Source of the DNA: a virus
DNA: 45,393 nt
Direction: 5' to 3' (one strand)
IMG/VR virus record: IMGVR_UViG_3300005548_000002
Coordinates: 1 to 45,393 of that record
The notes below the pieces were generated by a model. The model saw only the letters and a list, made by a program, of their open reading frames with translations, had not been told where the DNA came from and did no database searches. Both the position numbers and the translations under genes were made by a program. Shown piece by piece: positions 34,341 through 42,094 of the stretch; the stretch's first letter is position 1; the number at the start of each line of letters is the position of its first letter.

Positions 34341-34671
34341 CCGCATCTGGTCAGACGAGGCCCTGGCCAAGAGAGCCGAAGGCTGCCGAGTCTGCGGGAG
34401 GACCGACCGCGTCGAGCTTGCCCACGTCACGGGCCGTATCCACGATCGTCCCCGCACTCCGGGCTCCAAGACGGTCTACGTCGAGCCTGAGTCCGTGGTG
34501 CCCCTCTGCGGCCCTGCGGTGGACCCTGGGACCTGTCACCACGCCCACGACTCGCATCGGCTGGATCTGTTGCCGTACCTCCATCTCGAGGAGCAGATTC
34601 GCGCCGTCGAAGACGCCGGCTCCATAGGCCTAGCCCTCCAGCGGATCAGTCCCGAGAAGGCAGCCGCATGA
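34333..34671 (+). CDS. His-Me finger (HNH-like) protein candidate
   Basis: 'CRVCG......ELAHV.GR', 'VVPLCGP' and 'CHHAHD'. ATGA overlap with tnpB. Confidence 0.45.
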   Translation: MKTRIWSDEALAKRAEGCRVCGRTDRVELAHVTGRIHDRPRTPGSKTVYVEPESVVPLCGPAVDPGTCHHAHDSHRLDLLPYLHLEEQIRAVEDAGSIGLALQRISPEKAAA

Positions 34672-35078
34672 ACTCTTCAGAGAGACCAAGACGAGACGAG
34701 AGAGAGGCAGCCATGAGCACCTGCACTGAAACGCGCTACCCGGAGCACGAGAAGTTGTCGGAGGTCAGCGCGGAGTCCCAGACCATCGGCGAGTTCCTTG
34801 ACCTGGGTCTCCCGCAGATGGGCATCGTCCTCTACGAAGAGCGCCCTTATGACTGCGAATGCTCGGCCTGCGACCGGGGCGAGGGTGAGTTTTCCAAGTG
34901 GCACTCCGACGAGGAGAGGGAGACCATCGTCAACGGCCGCGTCCAGCTTCGCAAGATGTTCCCGACCGGGCGCACGATTCAGCAGATTCTCGCCGCCTAT
35001 TTCGAGATCGACCAGGACCGCATCGACGCGGAGAAGGAGCAGATGCTTGCCGCCCTTCGAGGGGAGCCCCAGTCATGA
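34668..35078 (+). CDS. Hypothetical protein
   Basis: ATGA overlap with the upstream gene. Alternative start at ATG 34713 after GAGAGAGAGG. Confidence 0.5.
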   Translation: MNSSERPRRDEREAAMSTCTETRYPEHEKLSEVSAESQTIGEFLDLGLPQMGIVLYEERPYDCECSACDRGEGEFSKWHSDEERETIVNGRVQLRKMFPTGRTIQQILAAYFEIDQDRIDAEKEQMLAALRGEPQS

Positions 35079-35374
35079 ACCCCACCACCAGAGAAGAGGG
35101 TTGGCCGGTTCTGTACGTCCGAGAGGACCGCTTCCGGGGCGCAGTCGCTGGCTATCACGTTCAGGAGCGCGCAACCAAAGGCGGGGGTGAGCAGCAGACC
35201 TACCACCCCGAGTCGGCTCCCAACGTCTTGACGAAGGATGAGGCACGGCTGGTGACGACGATCGCAGCGGAGTACTACGGGACCCACGGGATGACTGGCG
35301 AGTTGGTGGCCACCGACGACATCCGCTCGTTCTTCGACCGACTCAAGAGCTGGGCCGAAGAGGAGGGGCACTAG
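35075..35374 (+). CDS. Hypothetical protein
   Basis: ATGA overlap with the upstream gene. 99 aa. Confidence 0.5.
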   Translation: MNPTTREEGWPVLYVREDRFRGAVAGYHVQERATKGGGEQQTYHPESAPNVLTKDEARLVTTIAAEYYGTHGMTGELVATDDIRSFFDRLKSWAEEEGH

Positions 35375-35872
35375 ATGGCGACCTATAAGGAGGAAGCTGT
35401 CTACGCCGCCGAGCGCGCTGGGCGGTTGGTCGACCCGACCTGCAACGTCTGCGGTGTCGACTACGTCAGCGACTACTCGGGGCCGTGCCAAGAGCCGGGC
35501 TGCCGAGGGACCGTCGATATCTGGCCGGACTCGATCGCTCGCGCCGCCCTCGACGCAGCCGAGCCCTTCATCCGAGAGGCGGCCCGCAAGGAGATAGAGG
35601 ACCGGCTACTGAGTGACGAGGCGGTCGATGCTTTCTTCGTCGCGTTCGGCAATCCGACCGATCCCGAAGAGTGGGAGAGCCGCGAGGAGATGGCGGCCGA
35701 ACGGCAGGAAATTCGCAAGGCCCTCCGCGCCGCCCTCGCCACCCTGTCCCCATCCGAGGACACGACCGAGGAATGCAACTGCGGCGTCGAGAAGGAGCGT
35801 TCTCTTCGGCATAGCCGCTTCTGCCCGCTCTACGGTGTTCCCGCTGAGGATAAGGAGCCAATCGATGGCTGA
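35375..35872 (+). CDS. Hypothetical protein with C-terminal CxC..H..FCP knuckle
   Basis: 165 aa. 'CNCGVEKERSLRHSRFCPLY'. Ends with 'EPIDG'. Confidence 0.5.
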   Translation: MATYKEEAVYAAERAGRLVDPTCNVCGVDYVSDYSGPCQEPGCRGTVDIWPDSIARAALDAAEPFIREAARKEIEDRLLSDEAVDAFFVAFGNPTDPEEWESREEMAAERQEIRKALRAALATLSPSEDTTEECNCGVEKERSLRHSRFCPLYGVPAEDKEPIDG

Positions 35873-36245
35873 GTCTCACTGCACCTGCCGGTACGCCGTG
35901 GCGACCTACAGCACGCTCCACGAACGCTGGTGCCCGCTCTGGAAGCCCGGCCCAGAAGATACGCCCATGGCATCCGAGGGATCGGGTGCGCCCCTACCTG
36001 AGGCCGCGTGTGAACGGTGCGGGGGCGAGCGGTGGGGCGATCCTGCCGAGCCGGTGGCCAATTCAAACGGCCAGCGATATGTCGAGTGCCTGAAGTGCGG
36101 GCACCGGAAAATTCCACGCCGAAACCCGACCGAGAGCAATGCGGTGACGGACGGTCCACTGGCGTTTCCGGGCACCCACGAACTGCCGGAGTTCGGCGAA
36201 CTGCCTACCCCGAAGCCCCTCACCGAGGACCCAATCGATGCATGA
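35865..36245 (+). CDS. Hypothetical protein with N-terminal CxC..H..WCP knuckle
   Basis: 'CTCRYAVATYSTLHERWCPLW'. Ends with 'PTPKPLTEDPIDA', which is encoded by 34-bp repeat copy A. Confidence 0.5.
   Translation: MAESHCTCRYAVATYSTLHERWCPLWKPGPEDTPMASEGSGAPLPEAACERCGGERWGDPAEPVANSNGQRYVECLKCGHRKIPRRNPTESNAVTDGPLAFPGTHELPEFGELPTPKPLTEDPIDA
36203..36236 (+). repeat. 34-bp perfect direct repeat, copy A (GCCTACCCCGAAGCCCCTCACCGAGGACCCAATC)
   Basis: Identical to 38514..38547. The offset is 2311 bp. Confidence 0.9.
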
Positions 36246-36705
36246 CCTGACCGACGACGACCGTGCACGGCTGGAGCAAATCGCCCGGCAGATCGAGTAC
36301 ACGATCAAGGACGCCGACTGGCCCGAGTTCGAGGAGAACGATCCAGCCGACCCGATGCGAGACGTCCGCTTTCTCCGCAAGCTGGCCCAGCAGTCCTCTG
36401 GGGACCAGGGGCTACGGAGTGAGGACGCAATCGAGGCGGCAGCAGCCTGGCTGAGAGAAGCCGAGCAGGCGCACCCCGGCCCGATGGGAGCGCCGTACGC
36501 CCAGCTTCAACCCCCGCAGCGAAAGGAGCCGTACCGCAAACGCGCCCGCTCGCTGCTCGCCTTCGTCCGCCCAGCTCTCGAAGAGGAGATGCGGAAGCGC
36601 GTCCGCGCCATCCCCAAGGAAGACGGCATCGCGGCCGGGTTTCTTCGTCGCCGAACCGTCGAAGCAGCGCTCTCCGCCCTCACCCACGACAAGCAGGAGG
36701 ACTGA
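36238..36705 (+). CDS. Hypothetical protein
   Basis: 155 aa. The start lies inside the upstream gene end (ATGCATGA). Confidence 0.5.
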   Translation: MHDLTDDDRARLEQIARQIEYTIKDADWPEFEENDPADPMRDVRFLRKLAQQSSGDQGLRSEDAIEAAAAWLREAEQAHPGPMGAPYAQLQPPQRKEPYRKRARSLLAFVRPALEEEMRKRVRAIPKEDGIAAGFLRRRTVEAALSALTHDKQED

Positions 36706-36706
36706 G

Positions 36707-37033
36707 ATGCCTGACAAGGACACGCAATGGCCTGAGGTCGTGCTGTTCCGTCACGAGGCAAAGACGCGACCCAAGTCGATTGCCCAGAAGCACGTCGTGG
36801 CAGACGGCGAGAAGTTCGAACGCTATCTACCGATCTCGTCCATCAGGGCAGCGCTGCTGAGCGATGAGGCTGTTGAAGCAGCGGCGCGCGCTCCGTTCGA
36901 CCACCACGGCTCCGACGAATACTGGGACGTGCTTGAAGACATGGAGCGCGTGGCGATCCGCGAGGACGCCCGGCTGATCCTCGAAGCCGCCCTGAACCGG
37001 GCCTTCCCAGACACCAACGGAGAGCACCGATGA
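36707..37033 (+). CDS. Hypothetical protein
   Basis: 108 aa. The 'LLSDEAVEAA' block also occurs in 35375..35872. Confidence 0.5.
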   Translation: MPDKDTQWPEVVLFRHEAKTRPKSIAQKHVVADGEKFERYLPISSIRAALLSDEAVEAAARAPFDHHGSDEYWDVLEDMERVAIREDARLILEAALNRAFPDTNGEHR

Positions 37034-37407
37034 GCCGTCAGAGAATCCTCGTCTGTGGAAGCCGCGACTGGAGCAACGAGAAAGTGATTCGCGACCGGCT
37101 CAACGAATCCCTGAGCGCGATCGTCATCCACGGCGGAGCAGACGGCGCAGACAAGATGGCGGCGAAAGCTGCCTATGCCCTCTCGATGCACTCCGCCGAA
37201 ATGAGACCACTCTGGGGCCAGTTCGGCAAGCAAGCCGGCTACCTCCGCAACTGCGCCATGCTCGACCTTGAGCCGGATCTCGTCATCGCTTTCAGCACTG
37301 GCTCTCGTGGCACTCAGATGACCATCGACGAAGCCCGCAAGCGCGGCATCCCGGTCGAGATCCACGGCACGGAACTGGTCATCCGGGACAAAGGAGAGCA
37401 CCGATGA
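37030..37407 (+). CDS. DUF2493 / SLOG-family (YspA-like) nucleotide-binding protein
   Basis: 'ILVCGSRDW', 'VIHGGADGADK' and 'VIAF..GS.GT' Rossmann-like signature. Confidence 0.6.
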   Translation: MSRQRILVCGSRDWSNEKVIRDRLNESLSAIVIHGGADGADKMAAKAAYALSMHSAEMRPLWGQFGKQAGYLRNCAMLDLEPDLVIAFSTGSRGTQMTIDEARKRGIPVEIHGTELVIRDKGEHR

Positions 37408-37592
37408 GTGACCGGCGACGCGAAATCATCGAATGGGTCAATCGCGAGCTGCGGAAAGGCCCGACTGATCTCGAAGCGTGGGAGGCGTTCTACCTGCTCA
37501 GTCTTCCCCCGATCGTCGAGGACCGTCACGAGTACAACCGGATTCGTCGTCGCCTCTTGGACGAAGGCGAAACCTGTTGCTGGGAGCGCTGA
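37404..37592 (+). CDS. Hypothetical protein
   Basis: ATGA overlap with the upstream gene. 62 aa. Confidence 0.45.
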   Translation: MSDRRREIIEWVNRELRKGPTDLEAWEAFYLLSLPPIVEDRHEYNRIRRRLLDEGETCCWER

Positions 37593-37621
37593 ACGGTGGC
37601 CGAAAGAAAGAGAGAGCAGCA

Positions 37622-38314
37622 GTGAAGCTGAAGGCGTCAGAGCAGTTGAAGTTGAGTCGTGAGGAGCGCAAAGCGATCTACCGCGGTGAGCGCAAGCTCA
37701 GGCGCCTCGAGCGGCCTGACATCAACGACGGCGACACGTTGATCGTCGCTTGGTCGCGCGGTGGAAAGCGAGTTGTGGATCGCGAGACCGGTGAAGTGGC
37801 GGAAGTCGTGCGCCGCCCGACGATCTGGCTGAAGTTCAAGGAGCCGGAAGAGCTCGAGGACGGCGAATGGCTCCTGAAGTACGCGATCCACGATGAACGT
37901 GAAGTGACCCGGATGCTCGGTTCGGGCGGATCTTCCAACTCCGAACGGGAATTGGGCCTGAACACCCGTTGGAGGCGCCCTGAGAGCGTCCCTGACCGAA
38001 AGAAACAGGCTGCGAGGCTGGAGCAGTTCACCCCTGAGACCGAGCGTGGCTACGTGAGCGGAGGGCGTGTGGTCGACCACCTGACCTGTCTCGGCGACGA
38101 TGACCTGGCCATCCTCAAAGCCGATGCAGACGCACGCTGGATGGCTGATCACCCTGAGGAGGCCAAGGCGGAGAAGCTGCGCCGGCTCAGTAACAAGGCA
38201 CGGCGCCTACAGCGCGAAGCGGAGCGGAAGAACGTCGATATCACCGCGGATCTGGAGGTCTTCATCGCCAGAACCCGCGAAGCCATCGTTGATGCCAAGA
38301 ACGTATCCGTCTGA
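37622..38314 (+). CDS. Hypothetical protein
   Basis: GTG 37622 follows an AGAGAGAG-rich RBS region. 230 aa, charged. Confidence 0.5.
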   Translation: MKLKASEQLKLSREERKAIYRGERKLRRLERPDINDGDTLIVAWSRGGKRVVDRETGEVAEVVRRPTIWLKFKEPEELEDGEWLLKYAIHDEREVTRMLGSGGSSNSERELGLNTRWRRPESVPDRKKQAARLEQFTPETERGYVSGGRVVDHLTCLGDDDLAILKADADARWMADHPEEAKAEKLRRLSNKARRLQREAERKNVDITADLEVFIARTREAIVDAKNVSV

Positions 38315-38401
38315 CGGTGCATAATTCAGATGCGCTTCCTTTGCTGATCGTCGGTTCTCGATTCCAGCGCGGCCCGTGGCCCGAGCGTTTGCGGTAGATG
38401 C

Positions 38402-38584
38402 ATGCCTGATTCCCTTCCCCGCACCGCGCAAGAACAGCTCGCCTATTGGCTTGAGTTCGGCGTCGACAAGTTCGTCTACGTCATCAAGGCGAAGGATGAT
38501 CCGCCGATCAAGGGCCTACCCCGAAGCCCCTCACCGAGGACCCAATCAACCCTGCGCGCCAAGAAGGCCGCTTCTACCTCATAG
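38402..38584 (+). CDS. ORF that runs out of frame into 34-bp repeat copy B (truncated or frameshifted)
   Basis: The first 38 codons look coding ('...LAYWLEFGVDKFVYVIKAKDDPPIKG'). The tail 'LPRSPSPRTQS...' is the wrong frame of the repeat. Confidence 0.3.
   Translation: MPDSLPRTAQEQLAYWLEFGVDKFVYVIKAKDDPPIKGLPRSPSPRTQSTLRAKKAASTS
38514..38547 (+). repeat. 34-bp perfect direct repeat, copy B
   Basis: Identical to 36203..36236. Confidence 0.9.
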
Positions 38585-38591
38585 GACCAGC

Positions 38592-38813
38592 ATGACCAAG
38601 ACCATAGAGAGACGAAGGAATGGCTCAGGCTGGCCTTCCGACGTGATCGGAGCGACTCAGAGGCTCGAGCGCATCAGCGCCCTGGAAGACGCGCTCGAGT
38701 ACATCCCTCCGCCCGGCGAGGACATCGTCATCAGCTACCACTACGGCGGCGAGGAACGCTTCAAGTCCCACGCGCAGGTACGTACGCGGCTCGCAGAGGT
38801 CAAGGCTTCCTGA
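38592..38813 (+). CDS. Hypothetical protein
   Basis: 73 aa. Its ATG forms an ATGA overlap with the stop of a start-less frame (38500..38595). Confidence 0.5.
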   Translation: MTKTIERRRNGSGWPSDVIGATQRLERISALEDALEYIPPPGEDIVISYHYGGEERFKSHAQVRTRLAEVKAS

Positions 38814-39370
38814 TGAGCGACATCCAAAGACGTAAACCGGTCGAATGGGCCGTGTCGGAGCGTGGCAGGGAGATCAGGCACTCCGTCCAGGAGGTCGACC
38901 TGGCCCTGAAGCTGATGGCCCTGAACGGCGGCAAGACGATGGTCACCGAAACCATGCTGCTGGCAGAGAACATCCGGGTCCACCGCAACACCCTGCGGGT
39001 CTGGAGAGACGAGACCTTCCCTAGGAGATACGCCCAGATCAGGGCAGAGATGGGCCAGGAGGTCACCGAGGAGGTGGCGGGCAGAGCACTGGAGCGCGCC
39101 CTCGAGGCAGACGACGCCACCCACGCCTACATCAAGGAAGCCAAGGCCAAGGTCGGTCAGGTCTCCCCGGCGCACCTGGCCAAGAACGCCCAGGCCCTCG
39201 CAAACGCCGAGAGCCAACTCGTCCAGACCGCCCAGCTCCTCAGAGACAGACCGACCTCCATCACCGAAGACAGATCCCTCGGAGACTTGGTAGGCACGCT
39301 GGTCAAACTCGGAGTGGCAGAAGCAGACGGTGTGATCGACGGAGAAGTCGTGGGAGAAGAAGATGTCTAG
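38813..39370 (+). CDS. Small terminase subunit candidate
   Basis: 185 aa. HTH-like N-terminus, helical centre and acidic tail. It is the last sizeable gene before terL, although it does not directly abut it. Confidence 0.4.
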   Translation: MSDIQRRKPVEWAVSERGREIRHSVQEVDLALKLMALNGGKTMVTETMLLAENIRVHRNTLRVWRDETFPRRYAQIRAEMGQEVTEEVAGRALERALEADDATHAYIKEAKAKVGQVSPAHLAKNAQALANAESQLVQTAQLLRDRPTSITEDRSLGDLVGTLVKLGVAEADGVIDGEVVGEEDV

Positions 39371-39566
39371 CTACGAGATTTTCAGAAGTCCCAAGGATGG
39401 GCAGTTCTACTGGCACCTGGAGGCTGACAACGGCGAGGTCGTCGCGCAGTCAGAGGGCTATACCCGGAAGGTCGATGCTCAGCGTGGGGCGCAGGACGCT
39501 CATCGCGCAGCCCTGAGCGCCTCCCAGCCGTTGATCACAGTTCGCAAGGTCAAGAAACGGTCCTAG
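39363..39566 (+). CDS. DUF1508 (YegP-like) protein
   Basis: 'YEIFRSPKDGQFYWHLEADNGEVVAQSEGYTRKVDAQRG' matches the YegP repeat pattern. Confidence 0.6.
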   Translation: MSSYEIFRSPKDGQFYWHLEADNGEVVAQSEGYTRKVDAQRGAQDAHRAALSASQPLITVRKVKKRS

Positions 39567-39622
39567 ATATCCCACGATGGATCACAAGCAGACACCGAGT
39601 AGAAGGGCTTGGGATCGATCTC

Positions 39623-39841
39623 ATGGCCTCGAAATCTTCCCGAAACGCCCTGAAGCAGCTTCTCCGCCCCGAATACGGCTCTGGGACCTTTCGCGTCCAG
39701 CCCAAGCGCTGGTGGAAAAGAAGCGACAGACGCTCAGCGGCGTTCTTGGCGAAGATCCTCGATGCCAGCGATTCTGAGATACGCGAGACCGTGAAAGACC
39801 GTATGCGGCAAGAAGCGATGTCTGCGCTGTTTCCCGAGTAG
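39623..39841 (+). CDS. Small basic hypothetical protein
   Basis: 72 aa. Third-position GC is lower than in neighbouring genes. Confidence 0.35.
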   Translation: MASKSSRNALKQLLRPEYGSGTFRVQPKRWWKRSDRRSAAFLAKILDASDSEIRETVKDRMRQEAMSALFPE

Positions 39842-40250
39842 TCCAAGAGCGAGCGCGTAAGCGCGAGCAGTCGTTAGGTAGCGCGTAGCGCCGTAGGTAC
39901 GTACTGGCGTGGAGATGCGCAGTCGCCAATCCGCTATCACGGACACGCGTACGTAGGACCTCAAGAGTGCCTGTCTTGCAGTCAGTCAATGCGCATGACT
40001 GCGTGAACTTGGCTTGATAGAGCCGTACACACCACGTGGGTGTCTGCGTGAGTGTCGCCAGGCCGGACGATTCCCGAACAGAGAACCGAGAAACAAGGCC
40101 AGGGGTAGGCGGGATCGTGCGCTGTGCGTGCGCGGAGTCCCATGAATTTATCCGTCGGCACCAGCCCTCCGGCCTTACACACGAAGACCCCCCCTCAGAA
40201 AGCCCCGGAGTCCCGGGGCTGGGCCAGAACCACTACGCGCGGGAGGCTCC

Positions 40251-41756
40251 TTGCGCTTCAAGATCGACCGGAAGGCCCTCGCGGGTCTCTCAGGCGAGGA
40301 GAAGGAACAGGCGGAGCTCGCCCTTCGGGAGATCGAGCGAAAGCGCCAGGCCGATCCTCTCGCCTTCTACTTCCCCCATCACCAGCAGCAGGTCTTCCAC
40401 TCCTTCACCGCGAAGACGAAACTCTTCAGCGGCGGCAACCAGTCGGGCAAGACCACGGCAGGGCTTGCGGACGATGTCATCCAGGCCGTCGACAGGGACG
40501 CGCTCCCCGATCACCTGAAGGCCTACAAAAAGTTCGAGGCCCCGTTCCTCTGCCGGATCATGGCCGAGTCCTTCCCGGTGCTCGAGACGACGCTGATCGT
40601 GAAGCTCCAGGAACTCCTCCCGAAGGATCAGCTCCTCGGGGGCAGCTGGAAGACGGCCTACGAAAAGGACCTGCGGGTCCTGCACTTCAAGAACGGCTCC
40701 CGCTTCTTCTTCCAGACCTACGAGATGGACGTGGCGAAGATGGGCGGCGCCACGTTGGACCGGGTGCACTTCGACGAGGAGCCCTCGATGGCGATCTTCA
40801 ACGAGTGCCGGATGAGGGTCGCGGTCAGGGGAGGAGATCTGCTCTTCACCCAGACCCCCGTACAGGGGCTCACCTGGACCTACGACGCCCTCTGGCAGAA
40901 GCGGGGGGACGAAGTCGCACCGAGGGTCTGGAAGGGCCAGGACCTCCAGACGGTGGTCGTGGTGATGGAGGACAACCCGGCCCTCTCCGACGAGGAGATC
41001 CGGCTGGCGGTCGAGGGGATGTCCGAGGAGGAGAAAGCCGCGCGCAAGGAAGGCCGCTACGTCGCCCTCCACGGACTGATCTACGCCGACTTCCGCCGCA
41101 AGACCCACGTCACCCCCGAACGCCCGATCCCCGAGAACGTCAACGTCGTCGTCGGGATCGACCCGGGGATCAGGAACAGGACCGCGGTGGTCTGGATCTA
41201 CCTGACCCCCGACGACCAGATGGTGGTCTTCCAGGAGGGCTACTACGCGGGCTACACGGTGCGCCAGGTCTGCGAACAGATCCACAAGACGAACGACGAG
41301 TTCAACGTCTCGCCGCTCTACTACGTGATCGACCCGGCGGCACGGAACCAGAATCACAACACCGGCCGCTCCGACCAGATGGAGTACGCCGATCACGGCA
41401 TCGTCACGATCGCCGGCCAGCACTCCGTGACCGCCGGGATCAACCGGGTCCGCGAGCGCTTCCAGACCGAGCGGCTCTTCATCCAGGACCACTGCACGAA
41501 CCTGATCGACGAGCTACAGAAGTACCGCTGGAAACAGCCTCCGAGATCGGGGGAAGAACCCAAACAGGCTCCGGTGAAGAAGGACGACCACCTGGTCGAC
41601 GCCCTCCGCTACGCCGTGATGAGCCGCCCCTACCTCCCCAGCGCCGAAGAAGCCCGGGAGGAGAACCAGCTTCAGCGCCTCATGCGTGAACACGTATCCA
41701 GTCTCGAAAACCCGGAAAACATCAACCCAGGCCAGTTCTCGGGACTGGCGGCCTAG
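40251..41756 (+). CDS. terL: Terminase large subunit
   Basis: TTG start after GGGAGG. Walker A 'GGNQSGKT'. 501 aa with a nuclease-type C-terminal half. Confidence 0.85.
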   Translation: MRFKIDRKALAGLSGEEKEQAELALREIERKRQADPLAFYFPHHQQQVFHSFTAKTKLFSGGNQSGKTTAGLADDVIQAVDRDALPDHLKAYKKFEAPFLCRIMAESFPVLETTLIVKLQELLPKDQLLGGSWKTAYEKDLRVLHFKNGSRFFFQTYEMDVAKMGGATLDRVHFDEEPSMAIFNECRMRVAVRGGDLLFTQTPVQGLTWTYDALWQKRGDEVAPRVWKGQDLQTVVVVMEDNPALSDEEIRLAVEGMSEEEKAARKEGRYVALHGLIYADFRRKTHVTPERPIPENVNVVVGIDPGIRNRTAVVWIYLTPDDQMVVFQEGYYAGYTVRQVCEQIHKTNDEFNVSPLYYVIDPAARNQNHNTGRSDQMEYADHGIVTIAGQHSVTAGINRVRERFQTERLFIQDHCTNLIDELQKYRWKQPPRSGEEPKQAPVKKDDHLVDALRYAVMSRPYLPSAEEAREENQLQRLMREHVSSLENPENINPGQFSGLAA

Positions 41757-41767
41757 GAGAAGAATCA

Positions 41768-42094
41768 ATGGCACTCACCGTCAAAAACCTTGGGAACCCG
41801 CGCAACGTGGGCTACGGCTTCATCGCCCTTTCCGAAGTCACCTTCGACAACAGCTACCAGGAAAATGGCGAGCCGGTCACGGCCGCGCAGTTGAACCTCC
41901 AGACCGTGGACTTCTGCAACTGCGACATCGTCGCGGGCTCGGAATCGTCGGTCCTGCGGCCCACCAACGCCTACTACAAGGAAGGCAAGCTCCACCTGAT
42001 CGACTCGGCCACCGGCAAAGAGGTCGAATCGGCCAAAGACATGTCGAAAGTCAAGGTCCAGGTGGCGGCCTTCGGGGAGGCGCGGGTCAAGTGA
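41768..42094 (+). CDS. Hypothetical virion-module protein
   Basis: AGGAGA RBS. 108 aa. Confidence 0.5.
   Translation: MALTVKNLGNPRNVGYGFIALSEVTFDNSYQENGEPVTAAQLNLQTVDFCNCDIVAGSESSVLRPTNAYYKEGKLHLIDSATGKEVESAKDMSKVKVQVAAFGEARVK

Noticed and set aside
40124-41689. 521-aa alternative-frame ORF over terL, and the 400-aa antisense ORF 40290..41492
   Set aside because: The terL frame has a Walker A motif and a proper RBS. The other frames are Arg/Pro/Gly-rich shadow ORFs.
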